Shown here: positions 15,502-24,914 of the stretch, one piece after another
How the letters are laid out: each line of letters begins with the position of its first letter
How positions within the stretch are numbered: the first letter of the stretch is position 1
NCBI GenBank assembly: GCA_964599325.1
Contig: CAZREM010000001.1
Location: forward strand, 43,587 to 107,586
Source: an uncultured Verrucomicrobiales bacterium
Lineage (GTDB): Bacteria > Verrucomicrobiota > Verrucomicrobiia > Verrucomicrobiales > Akkermansiaceae
Direction of reading: 5' to 3'
DNA: 64,000 bases
The notes under the pieces: model-generated
Seen by the model: only the letters and a program-made list of their open reading frames with translations
Database searches by the model: none
What the model was told of the DNA's origin: nothing
Position numbers and translations under genes: made by a program

Positions 15502-18378
15502 ATGCGCCGCTCTACGCCCTACCTCCTTGTTCTCGCCATCGCTGCATTGGTGATTTCGCTCTTTGTCTCACGCCTACCAAAGCAAACTTCGACATCTGCC
15601 AACACGGCTCCGCCACGTCCCTGGCCGCATCAAAAATCTGATATTTCGCCCGATCCTCTCACTCGGTATGGCCAATTGCCGAATGGATTTCGCTACATGA
15701 TTCATCCCAACGCATCACCTCCCAAACGGCTATCTCTGCGCCTACACATCGCCGCAGGTTCGCTGATGGAAGCCGAGGACCAACGCGGTCTTGCTCACTT
15801 TCTGGAGCACATGGTCTTCAATGGATCAAAAAACTTCACACCAGATGAATTAGTGCCGCGCATGCAGCGCTTGGGCATCGGTTTTGGTGCTCATGTGAAT
15901 GCTTACACATCATTCGATGAAACCGTTTACATGTTGGATTTGCCTGACGAAAACCCTGATACGCTGAATCTGGCCATGACGGTGATGCGAGACTTCGGCG
16001 ATGGAGCTTTGCTGAAGGAGGAGGAAATCGAAAAAGAACGCGGGGTGATCTTGTCAGAAAAAAACAGTCGCGATTCCGTGCAATACCGGCTCATGCAAAT
16101 GCAATTTCAACAACTGTTGCCCGAATCCCTGATCCCACGGCGCTTCCCGATTGGTGAGGAGTCTGTGATTCGCAGTGCGCAGCGGGAGCGCTTCGTGGAT
16201 TTTTATCAACGCTATTACACTCCCTCGCGCATGACGATGGTGATCATCGGCGATTGCGACCCCGTGGCCATGGAGCAACGGGTGAATGCCAGCTTTGCTT
16301 CCATGTCTCAGCCTCTGGCGGCAGGAGCGAACCCCAATATGGGTGTGGTTCAGCCGCTGAAGGAAATCCAAGCAGCTGTTTTTGCCGATGCAGAAGTCAC
16401 GAGCACGGAGCTGAGCATGATTGCGCTGCGTCCCTATCAACTCAAGCCTGACACACGCAGCGAACGCATCGCTCTTCTGCCGCTGAGCTTGGCAAACTCA
16501 ATCCTGTCCCGTCGATTCGATCGCTTAGCAAAGCTCGAAAACGCGAAGATTCTCAGCGGCAGCGCCAGTCGTGATGTGATTTTTAATCACATTGAAATGG
16601 CGCACGTCGAAGTCACGGTAAAGGACACCGATTGGCAAAACGCTTTGCCGGTTCTCGAACAAGAGCAACGCCGCGTTCGCTTGCACGGTTTTACAAATGC
16701 TGAATTAGAAGAGGCTAAAGCTCTAATGATCAATCAATATGAACAAGCGGTGCACTCTGCTGCAACGCGCAAGTCAGACGAGCTTGCCACAGCCGTCGCC
16801 CGATCAATCAGTGACGAGAGCGTTTTTTCCACCCCACAAACCGATTTGGAGATTGTCCGTTCGGCACTGGCGGAGATCACCCCAGCAACCTGCCACCAGG
16901 CGTTTAATGCATTTTGGAAAGACGATGTTTTTCACCTTGTTCTCACAACTCAAAAAAGCACTGAAAGCGATCGTGACGCTTTGTTGCAATTGCTTAATCA
17001 ATCGCGCCAAACCACGGTCGCAGCACCTGTGAATCAAGCACAGCAAGCATTTGCTTACGAACAGTTTGGACAAAAAGGTGAGGTGATAGCGCGCAAGAGC
17101 ATCGATGACCTCGGCATCACGCAGCTAAGTTTTGCCAACGGAGTAAGAGTCAACTGGAAAAAAACAGACTTTGATCAACATTCGATATCGATCGTCGCGC
17201 GCATGCCGGGTGGCTTGTTATCGCAGCCATTGGACAAGCCTGGTTTGACTCAAGTGGCCAGCGCGCTCATCAATCGTGGTGGACTTGGCAAGCACTCGGA
17301 AGAGGATCTGCAGCAAATGTTTGCAGGAAAAAACGTCGGCTATCAGTTACAAATCAATGAGGACGCCTTTTTGTTACAAGGTGAAACGACACCTGACGAT
17401 CTGCTGCTGCAATGCCAGCTCATGTGTGCCGCCGTAACGGATCCTGGTTACCGAGATGAGGCTCTGAGAGAGTTTCGTGCCGAGCTTCCAATGCTGGAAC
17501 AAAAGCTCAAACACACCGCTGCTGGTTCACAAGCGCAAATGAATCAATGGCTGCACCAAAATGATCCACGCTACGCAGCTCCTGATGTGAACTTGTTGGC
17601 AAAATGGGATGCGCATGACGTCAAATCATGGCTTCAACCCGTGTTGCAGAACGCACCATTGGAAGTGAGCATCGTCGGGGATTTCGTCGAAGAACCACTG
17701 CTTAAAGCACTTTCCGTGACTTTTGGAGCGTTGCCGCAACGCGCACAGTCGGACACGTTTGAACCTCAACGCCAGGGCATTCAGTCGCCAGCCGCACCAG
17801 AAGTGAAGGAATACACCTATTCTAGTAAAGTGCCTCAGGCCATGTGCATGGTGCATTGGAAAACGGATGGGCTTCGCCAACGCCAGCTGGAAAAACGTCG
17901 GATGAACCTTGTTGCTGAAATTTTAACAGATCGACTCAGAGCTGAACTTCGCGAGAAACTTGGTGCGTCGTATAGCCCAGATGCAGGCATTTACCCATCG
18001 GACGCCATCGATGGCTTTGGCTTCATCATCGGAATGAGCGCAGGCAAACCGGAGGATGCGACACGATTAACTGACATCATCGCGCGCATCGGAGAACAAC
18101 TTGGCGCCGAGGGCGCAACAGCAGATGAGCTGCAGCGGGCGCGCAATCCCCTGCTCGCTTCGATCGAAAAAACTCTGCGCGACAATAGTTATTGGCTGCT
18201 AACCGTGCTACATTCCTCACAAAGCGATCCACAACTGCTGGAGCTAGCTCGCACCCGTTCGCAGGACTACAAATCGATATCACTCGAGGAAGTCAACGCG
18301 ATTGCGAAGAAATACCTCGTGCCTGAACGACGTTTGACAACGCGCATGATCTCCGCAGTTGACCATGCCGAGCAATAA
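15502..18378 (+). CDS. M16-family (pitrilysin/insulinase-like) zinc peptidase, double-length
   Basis: HxxEH motif HFLEHMVFNGS and the downstream Glu region EKERGVILSE. Signal anchor MRRSTPYLLVLAIAALVISLF. The start is trimmed to ATG at 15502; the listed 1049-aa ORF begins inside nrnA on the other strand. Confidence 0.88.
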   Translation: MRRSTPYLLVLAIAALVISLFVSRLPKQTSTSANTAPPRPWPHQKSDISPDPLTRYGQLPNGFRYMIHPNASPPKRLSLRLHIAAGSLMEAEDQRGLAHFLEHMVFNGSKNFTPDELVPRMQRLGIGFGAHVNAYTSFDETVYMLDLPDENPDTLNLAMTVMRDFGDGALLKEEEIEKERGVILSEKNSRDSVQYRLMQMQFQQLLPESLIPRRFPIGEESVIRSAQRERFVDFYQRYYTPSRMTMVIIGDCDPVAMEQRVNASFASMSQPLAAGANPNMGVVQPLKEIQAAVFADAEVTSTELSMIALRPYQLKPDTRSERIALLPLSLANSILSRRFDRLAKLENAKILSGSASRDVIFNHIEMAHVEVTVKDTDWQNALPVLEQEQRRVRLHGFTNAELEEAKALMINQYEQAVHSAATRKSDELATAVARSISDESVFSTPQTDLEIVRSALAEITPATCHQAFNAFWKDDVFHLVLTTQKSTESDRDALLQLLNQSRQTTVAAPVNQAQQAFAYEQFGQKGEVIARKSIDDLGITQLSFANGVRVNWKKTDFDQHSISIVARMPGGLLSQPLDKPGLTQVASALINRGGLGKHSEEDLQQMFAGKNVGYQLQINEDAFLLQGETTPDDLLLQCQLMCAAVTDPGYRDEALREFRAELPMLEQKLKHTAAGSQAQMNQWLHQNDPRYAAPDVNLLAKWDAHDVKSWLQPVLQNAPLEVSIVGDFVEEPLLKALSVTFGALPQRAQSDTFEPQRQGIQSPAAPEVKEYTYSSKVPQAMCMVHWKTDGLRQRQLEKRRMNLVAEILTDRLRAELREKLGASYSPDAGIYPSDAIDGFGFIIGMSAGKPEDATRLTDIIARIGEQLGAEGATADELQRARNPLLASIEKTLRDNSYWLLTVLHSSQSDPQLLELARTRSQDYKSISLEEVNAIAKKYLVPERRLTTRMISAVDHAEQ

Positions 18379-19051
18379 CGACAATTCCCCTGTTCCGCCG
18401 CATTCTCATCGAGTGGTGCTGGTGCATGGCATGTTTCAGAGCGGCAATCATTTCCGCTCCATGAAACGACGCTTGATCGACGCCGGGCACGAGGTGCTTG
18501 CTCCCCATTTTAAGCCTGCTGACGCACGTCAAGGCATTGAACCCCTTGCTGAACAGTTGGCTGACAGCATCAAAAACGCATGGAGCGAACAACCACACGT
18601 GTTGATTGCTCACAGCATGGGAGGTCTGATTTGTCGTTACTACATGCAGATGCTCGATGGCGCGGCCCGCTGCCTTGGATTAGCGACCCTTGCCACACCT
18701 CATCACGGCACAGCGCTCGCCTATTTGTATCCCGGTCTAGGGGCACAACAAATGAAACCAAACAGTGATTTCTTGCGGAAATTGCGTGATACGGAGCACC
18801 GAATTGCTCAACTGCCGTTGCTGTCCATCCGCACACCGCTCGATCTCATGATCGTGCCCTCGACAAGTTCTTATTGGCCGTGCGCGCAGAACCACAGATT
18901 GTGGGTTCCGACTCACGCTCAATTGCCTTATGATTCGCACATCCAATCCATGCTCATCAATTGGATGAAAACATTGCCGCATGAGTCGTTGTCTGACAAC
19001 CATGTGCCGCAGTGCAAAGAAGAACTTGCTTGGCTGCCCGTGTCATCATAA
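18365..19051 (+). CDS. Alpha/beta hydrolase (lipase/esterase-like)
   Basis: VVLVHGMFQSG followed by the nucleophile elbow IAHSMGG. The ATG at 18365 overlaps the M16 gene end by 14 nt. Confidence 0.75.
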   Translation: MPSNNDNSPVPPHSHRVVLVHGMFQSGNHFRSMKRRLIDAGHEVLAPHFKPADARQGIEPLAEQLADSIKNAWSEQPHVLIAHSMGGLICRYYMQMLDGAARCLGLATLATPHHGTALAYLYPGLGAQQMKPNSDFLRKLRDTEHRIAQLPLLSIRTPLDLMIVPSTSSYWPCAQNHRLWVPTHAQLPYDSHIQSMLINWMKTLPHESLSDNHVPQCKEELAWLPVSS

Positions 19052-19061
19052 AGCTGTGTCG

Positions 19062-21050
19062 ATGGCCACTGATTCTTCCTTACCAGCGTCGCTCAGCGAC
19101 ATGTATGCGGACTATTTCTTGGACTACGCCAGTTACGTGATCTTGGAGCGCGCCGTCCCACACGTGAACGATGGATTAAAACCCGTGCAACGTCGAATCC
19201 TCCACTCGACCAAGGAGCTAGACGATGGCCGCTACAATAAAGTTGCCAACATCGTTGGACACACCATGAAGTATCACCCCCACGGTGACGTTTCCATTTA
19301 TGACGCCATGGTTCAACTTGGCCAGCGCGACTTATTGATCGACACCCAAGGAAACTGGGGCAATTTGCTCACAGGTGACAGTGCGGCAGCCTCGCGCTAC
19401 ATCGAAGCCCGATTGACCAAATTTGCCCTCGATATCGCTTTCAATCCCAAAACCACCGAGTGGACGCCAAGCTATGATGGACGCAACAAAGAGCCGGTGA
19501 CGCTGCCGGTTAAATTTCCTCTGCTCCTGGCACAGGGGGTCGAAGGCATCGCCGTCGGTCTGGCCTGTAAGATCCTACCCCACAACTTCAACGAACTCAT
19601 CGATGCCGCAATCGCGCATCTGCGTGGTGAATCTTTTGTGCTGGTTCCCGACTTCCCGACGGGTGGCGTCATGGACGCAAGTGAATACCGCGATGGTTTG
19701 CGCGGCGGACGCCTGCGGGTCAGAGCCGTCATCGCCATCGACAAACGCAATCTGCTAAGAATCAGCGCCATTCCCTTTGGCACCACGACGGGTGCGGTCA
19801 TGGAAAGTATTGTGGCTGCTGCCGAAAAGGGGAAAATCAAGATCGCAAAAATCGAAGACAACACAGCTGCTGAGGTGGACATCTTAGTGCATCTGCCCGC
19901 TGGTGTGGAAGCTGAAGTCACACGCGATGCATTATACGCCTTTACTCATTGCGAAACTTCCATTTCTCCCAATGCCTGCGTCATTCGAGATGGCAAACCA
20001 CAGTTTCTCGGTGTTTCTGATATTTTACGCTGCAACGCGGATCGCACTAAAGTTTTGTTGGGCGAAGAATTGGAAATCAAGTTAGCCGAACTGAAAGATG
20101 CTTGGCATTTTAGTTCACTGGAAAAGATCTTTATCGAAAACCGAATCTATCGCGACATTGAGGAATGCGAGACATGGCCTGCTGTGATCCACGCCATCGC
20201 GACGGGTCTGGAACCGTTCATTCACGTGCTGAAACGCGAAGTCACTGAGGACGACATCGTGAAGTTGACCGAGATCAAGATCAAACGCATTTCCAAGTAT
20301 GACTCGGCAAAGGCCGATGAGCACATCCGCGCGCTAGACAAGGAAATGGATCAAATCGAAAAAAATCTCAAATCACTCACGAAATTCACGATTCGATGGT
20401 TTGAAGACTTGCGCAAGAAATACGGAAAAGACAAGGATCGCCGCACCGAGATCGCCTCATTTGATCGGGTAGATCGCTTGCTTGTCGCAGCTGCTACCGA
20501 AACCTTGTTCGTCGATTGGAAAAATGGCTTTGCTGGTTTCGGACTAAAAAAAGACGAAGCAATTGAAAAATGCAGCACCATCGACGATGTGATTTCCATC
20601 ACACAGGACGGCAAACTTAAAGTGACAAAAATAGCCGAGAAGTCGTTTCTCGGACAAAAACTGCTTCACGTGCGTATCTTGCGAAAAGACGAACCACTGA
20701 TCTACTCCGTCATTTATCGCAATGGCAAGGATGGCCCCCTTTATGCCAAACGCTTTTTAATTGGTGGAATCACGCGCGATAAGGAATACGACATCACCAA
20801 AGGGCTTCCCGGAACACGCATCATATACTTTGCAACCCACGCGCAGGCAGCAGACAGCGACGAGCAGCTGTTGCAAATCCATCTGAAACCACATCTGCGC
20901 CTGCGCAATGTCATGCGTCCCTTTCACTTTGCTCAAATCGCAGTCAAGGGTCGCAGTGCGACAGGTCTGCTAGTCACGAAACACCCGGTGGATCGCATCA
21001 CGCGCGCAGCGAAAGAAAAGGATGTTCATGAGTCGCAACCCTCCGATTAA
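19062..21050 (+). CDS. parC: Type IIA topoisomerase subunit A (ParC-like, short C-terminal domain)
   Basis: YASYVILERAVPHVNDGLKPVQRRILH, HPHGD, active-site Tyr region AASRYIEARL, GIAVGLACKILPHN. Start trimmed to ATG at 19062, giving 662 aa. Confidence 0.85.
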   Translation: MATDSSLPASLSDMYADYFLDYASYVILERAVPHVNDGLKPVQRRILHSTKELDDGRYNKVANIVGHTMKYHPHGDVSIYDAMVQLGQRDLLIDTQGNWGNLLTGDSAAASRYIEARLTKFALDIAFNPKTTEWTPSYDGRNKEPVTLPVKFPLLLAQGVEGIAVGLACKILPHNFNELIDAAIAHLRGESFVLVPDFPTGGVMDASEYRDGLRGGRLRVRAVIAIDKRNLLRISAIPFGTTTGAVMESIVAAAEKGKIKIAKIEDNTAAEVDILVHLPAGVEAEVTRDALYAFTHCETSISPNACVIRDGKPQFLGVSDILRCNADRTKVLLGEELEIKLAELKDAWHFSSLEKIFIENRIYRDIEECETWPAVIHAIATGLEPFIHVLKREVTEDDIVKLTEIKIKRISKYDSAKADEHIRALDKEMDQIEKNLKSLTKFTIRWFEDLRKKYGKDKDRRTEIASFDRVDRLLVAAATETLFVDWKNGFAGFGLKKDEAIEKCSTIDDVISITQDGKLKVTKIAEKSFLGQKLLHVRILRKDEPLIYSVIYRNGKDGPLYAKRFLIGGITRDKEYDITKGLPGTRIIYFATHAQAADSDEQLLQIHLKPHLRLRNVMRPFHFAQIAVKGRSATGLLVTKHPVDRITRAAKEKDVHESQPSD

Positions 21051-21176
21051 GATTAATTTTTTCAATGTGATTGAAGTTATTGAAAGTCATAGGTTTTAAC
21101 CAAAATACATGTCAAAAATGACATCATTTATTGGTTGACTCATGCGGCGCATTCATCGAATTTGAAGGAAGATTAT

Positions 21177-21650
21177 ATGTCTAATATCAAACGCGTATTG
21201 TTCGTGTGCACTGGAAACACATGCCGCAGTCCCATGGCGGAAGCTTTTTTTCGTCAAGCCACGATTGATCGCCCCCATCTGTTAGTCGCCTCTGCTGGAA
21301 TCATGGCACGTGAAGGTGCGCCTGCAAGTGCGGACACGTTAGGCATCTTGGAAGAGATGAATGTGCCTTTGCAGAATTTTCGCAGTCACCAGATCAACGC
21401 AACCATCATCGATAAGGCAGATGAGATCTTTGTCATGACCGAGGGGCACCTAACGAGTCTGGAGCGTGCCTATCCATCTCAAGCACGCAAGTTCCACTTG
21501 GTCAGTGAGTTCATTGACGACCCGAGTGCGCACATTGATGGCGACGTGCCTGATCCATTTGGCATGGGCAAAAAAGCATACGCCGATGTAGCTCGGATGT
21601 TGCAAAACGCGATTCCAAGCATTGTGAGCTTTGTCGAATCACAAAAGTAA
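21177..21650 (+). CDS. Low-molecular-weight protein phosphatase (LMW-PTP / YwlE-like)
   Basis: P-loop VLFVCTGNTCRSPMAE and DPFG near the C-terminus. ATG at 21177 is preceded by gaaggaag; the listed ORF starts at an upstream TTG. Confidence 0.85.
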   Translation: MSNIKRVLFVCTGNTCRSPMAEAFFRQATIDRPHLLVASAGIMAREGAPASADTLGILEEMNVPLQNFRSHQINATIIDKADEIFVMTEGHLTSLERAYPSQARKFHLVSEFIDDPSAHIDGDVPDPFGMGKKAYADVARMLQNAIPSIVSFVESQK

Positions 21651-21746
21651 AAATTTGTTTTTGTTCGCAAATTCTTACAGTTCTTGGTTGAAATCGACCT
21701 CACATCTGTTCAATTCTCCTCCAGCCGTTAGCGGCTTTTTGATCCA

Positions 21747-23420
21747 ATGAGCGTTAAAATCTTGCGTATAGCTGTCGGAGCCGATCACGGCGGGGTGTTT
21801 TTGAAAGATGCCGTGTGTGCAGCCCTGATGGCAGCAGGTCATGAAGTGCGTGATTTTGGCACACATAACACGGATTCAATCAACTTCGCCGATGTGGCAA
21901 ATCCGATCGCAATTGGCATTTCTGAGGATCAATTTGACTACGCTTTGCTGGCCTGCACCTCTGGCATTGGCATGAGCATTGCTGCCAATCGATTTCACGG
22001 GGTTCGCGCCGCGGTTGTGCGGACGACTGAAGAAGCAGTCACGACGCGTGAACATAACAATGCCAACATTCTTTGCCTAGGAGCTAAGTCCGTTTCACCA
22101 GAACAGGCCATCGAGCTAATGCGTTTGTTCATCAGCACAGAGTTCACCGGCGGGAGACACATTTGCCGCGTTTCACAAAGTTCAGGAAGTCGCCTTGAAG
22201 TCAATGATCCCGAGGTCTTCGCGGCGATTTCCCTCGAAAAGAAACGTCAACGCCATCACATCGAGCTGATCGCTTCTGAAAACTTCGCTTCACCAGCGGT
22301 GATGGAAGCTCAGGGTTCGATCTTGACGAATAAGTATGCTGAAGGTTATCCCGGCAAGCGCTGGTATGGTGGTTGTGAACATGTTGATGTGATTGAGCAA
22401 CTGGCGATTGATCGTGCCAAGCAGCTATTTGGTGCGGAGCACGCGAACGTTCAGCCGCATTCGGGTTCGCAGGCGAACACCGCCGTCTATTTTTCGGTGT
22501 TGCAGCCCGGCGATCGTATTTTAACAATGGATTTGGCCCATGGAGGCCATTTGACTCATGGCCATAAAGCTAACTTTTCGGGGAAATTTTACGATGTTGT
22601 GCATTACGGTGTGAGTGAAACGGATGAGCGCATTGACTATGATGCGCTAGAAGCCCAAGCCCACGCCACCCAGCCCAAACTGATCACCTGCGGAGCAAGC
22701 GCTTATCCCCGCGCCATTGACTTTGAACGCATCGCCAAGATCGCTCGCGCGGTTGGGGCGTATGTTTTTGTGGATATGGCTCATATCGCTGGCTTAGTCG
22801 CCGCAGGTGTGCATGCCAATCCGGTGCCACACGCAGATTTCGTGACATCGACGACTCACAAGTCTCTGCGTGGACCACGAGGTGGCATCATTTTGTGCAA
22901 ACAAGAATTTGCAAAAAAAATCGATGCCCAAGTCTTCCCCGGCATTCAAGGTGGTCCCTTGATGCACGTGATCGCCGCCAAGGCCGTATGCTTTGGCGAG
23001 GCGCTTAAGCCTGAATTCCAACAATATCAAGCACAGATCATTACCAATGCCCAAGCTCTCGCGACTCGATTGCAGGAGCATGGATACCGAATTGTTTCAG
23101 GTGGCACGGACAATCACGTGATGCTTGTGGATCTGCGCAGCAAGAACATGAACGGTTCCGATGCGTCCCTAACGCTCGATGAAGCAGGGATTACCGTCAA
23201 CAAGAACTCCATTCCTTACGACAGCGGCACGCCCATGAAACCAAGTGGGATTCGCATCGGAACACCTGCGATCACGACACGCGGCATGAAGGAACAAGAC
23301 GTTCGCCAGGTTGCTGACTACATCGATCGCGCGTTGCAATCTCAAGGCAATCTGAATGCCCTGCACGCGCTGCGCGAGGAGGTTTTCGCCTTCAACCAAG
23401 CATTCCCGATGCCTTGGTGA
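21747..23420 (+). CDS. glyA: In-frame fusion: ribose-5-phosphate isomerase B (aa 1 to ~142) plus serine hydroxymethyltransferase (aa ~153 to 557)
   Basis: RpiB/LacAB motifs [36 protein letters not shown] motifs [28 protein letters not shown]-Lys [14 protein letters not shown]. It is a single uninterrupted 557-aa ORF. Confidence 0.85.
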   Translation: MSVKILRIAVGADHGGVFLKDAVCAALMAAGHEVRDFGTHNTDSINFADVANPIAIGISEDQFDYALLACTSGIGMSIAANRFHGVRAAVVRTTEEAVTTREHNNANILCLGAKSVSPEQAIELMRLFISTEFTGGRHICRVSQSSGSRLEVNDPEVFAAISLEKKRQRHHIELIASENFASPAVMEAQGSILTNKYAEGYPGKRWYGGCEHVDVIEQLAIDRAKQLFGAEHANVQPHSGSQANTAVYFSVLQPGDRILTMDLAHGGHLTHGHKANFSGKFYDVVHYGVSETDERIDYDALEAQAHATQPKLITCGASAYPRAIDFERIAKIARAVGAYVFVDMAHIAGLVAAGVHANPVPHADFVTSTTHKSLRGPRGGIILCKQEFAKKIDAQVFPGIQGGPLMHVIAAKAVCFGEALKPEFQQYQAQIITNAQALATRLQEHGYRIVSGGTDNHVMLVDLRSKNMNGSDASLTLDEAGITVNKNSIPYDSGTPMKPSGIRIGTPAITTRGMKEQDVRQVADYIDRALQSQGNLNALHALREEVFAFNQAFPMPW

Positions 23421-23558
23421 TATTTGCTCGGAAATTTACAGGCGATAATGATCGGTTCACGGCACCAATGACCAATGATTATTTGCGATTATTGCGGCAC
23501 GCCGCAAATTGCATGTGTTTCGGATGTGACAACCGCGAATCATGAGCTTCATTGAATC

Positions 23559-24557
23559 ATGGTCAATATGAATCTGTTTCAAAAAAGCGCCTTCGCGGCA
23601 CTCGTTGCCGTGACCGTCTTAATCTTTGTCGGCGCTATTGTCCGAGTGACTGGTGCAGGCATGGGTTGTCCGGATTGGCCAACTTGTTGGGGTTGTCTCA
23701 TTCCTCCAACAAAAGTGGAAAATGTCGATTTTTCGAAACTAGACATTGCTCGATTTCAAGCCAAAGCAGCGCGCATGGGACGCGATCCAGCTACGATTTC
23801 AATCGAAAACTTGAAACGCGAGTTCAATCCACGCCACGTATGGACAGAGTTCATCAATCGACTTTTTTCGTTGCCCGTCGCTTTTTTTTCTTTGACCACT
23901 CTGGCTCTGAGCACGCGCTATCGCGCTAAAAAACCTGCGATATTTGTCTGTGCCTTCATCAGTTTGATACTCGTTTTGATCAATGCAGTCATGGGCGCTC
24001 GTGTGGTTTACAGCGGGCTCGCTCCGGGAGTTCTGACATTGCACATGTTTCTGGCTTTTCTGCTGTTGATGGCACTCGTCTTGTGTGTCCACCTTGCGCA
24101 AGAACAGTCAACCTGTTTGCCAACGGAGCATTCGCAAAAACTACGTTTTTTGATCATGTGCTTGTTTTTTAGCATCTTGATCGAGGGAATCATGGGCTCG
24201 CAGATCAGGGAGTTAACCGACAGTTTGTCAAAGCACATGCAAGTGCCGCGTTCTGAATGGATTAAAACGCTAGAGGATTCGAAGTTATATCTGATACACC
24301 GAAGCTTTTCATGGCTGATTTTATTTCTGGCGATCAGAGCGTTTATGATTCAAAAGCGCTTAGGAATCAGTCTTCCACGATCTTCACGCATCGTCGTTGG
24401 CATCGTTTGCACGCAAATGTTACTAGGTTTGATCATGTCACAGATTCACATCTATGGATGGGTTCAAGTGACACATGTCGGGCTTTCTGCAATCCTTGTC
24501 AGTAGCAGTTTTTTCTGGCTGCTGCATTCCTGGCAGATTGCGAAGCACCAAGCGTGA
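23559..24557 (+). CDS. ctaA: Heme A synthase (COX15/CtaA family)
   Basis: 332-aa polytopic membrane protein with RVTGAGMGCPDWPTCWG at the N-terminus and conserved His residues in later helices. Confidence 0.85.
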   Translation: MVNMNLFQKSAFAALVAVTVLIFVGAIVRVTGAGMGCPDWPTCWGCLIPPTKVENVDFSKLDIARFQAKAARMGRDPATISIENLKREFNPRHVWTEFINRLFSLPVAFFSLTTLALSTRYRAKKPAIFVCAFISLILVLINAVMGARVVYSGLAPGVLTLHMFLAFLLLMALVLCVHLAQEQSTCLPTEHSQKLRFLIMCLFFSILIEGIMGSQIRELTDSLSKHMQVPRSEWIKTLEDSKLYLIHRSFSWLILFLAIRAFMIQKRLGISLPRSSRIVVGIVCTQMLLGLIMSQIHIYGWVQVTHVGLSAILVSSSFFWLLHSWQIAKHQA

Positions 24558-24687
24558 AAAATGATGACATCAGACCTCACGATTAGCATGATTCGTGTTC
24601 GACCAAAAAAAATGAAAAAAAACACAGTTTTTTCTTGACCATGATGTTGAATTGATGCAGATTCTCTCAGCCGCAACGCGGCAAGGC

Positions 24688-24757
24688 GGTTCGATCATGT
24701 TGTCTAGGTTTTGGGTTTTTCCTAGTCTTTTTGATCGGACCGCTTTCTTTTTTATTT
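24688..24757 (+). terminator. Long hairpin followed by a T-rich tract (intrinsic terminator, possibly the 3' end of a small RNA)
   Basis: Outer 10-bp stem ggttcgatca / tgatcggacc (one G-U). Inner stem ctagg / cctag. Followed by gctttcttttttatttc. It lies 130 nt after the ctaA stop, inside a 357-bp gap. Confidence 0.5.
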
Positions 24758-24914
24758 CTTTCATTTGATGCTCATCAAGCGCTCTCCGGTTTTTCACTCT
24801 GCGGATTCTTGAACGGCTTGTTGCTCTAGCCTCCACGCTTCCCCAGTCCAATGAGTTCTCGTTGTATCCTCCGAGGGTGACGTTGCGGATTCAAAAAATG
24901 ATGAGCGATGATCT

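Noticed and set aside
21109-21124. The palindrome atgtca-aaaa-tgacat, about 50 nt upstream of the LMW phosphatase gene, and the nearby ttcaat-gtg-attgaa.
   Set aside because: Six-bp arms in an AT-rich spacer are expected by chance many times in 64 kb. There is no second copy or supporting context.
24570-24851. 93-aa highly basic minus-strand ORF in the ctaA / S8 protease spacer.
   Set aside because: It runs through a long perfect hairpin and poly-A/T tracts. It has no start context or recognisable fold, and its composition looks like translated non-coding DNA.
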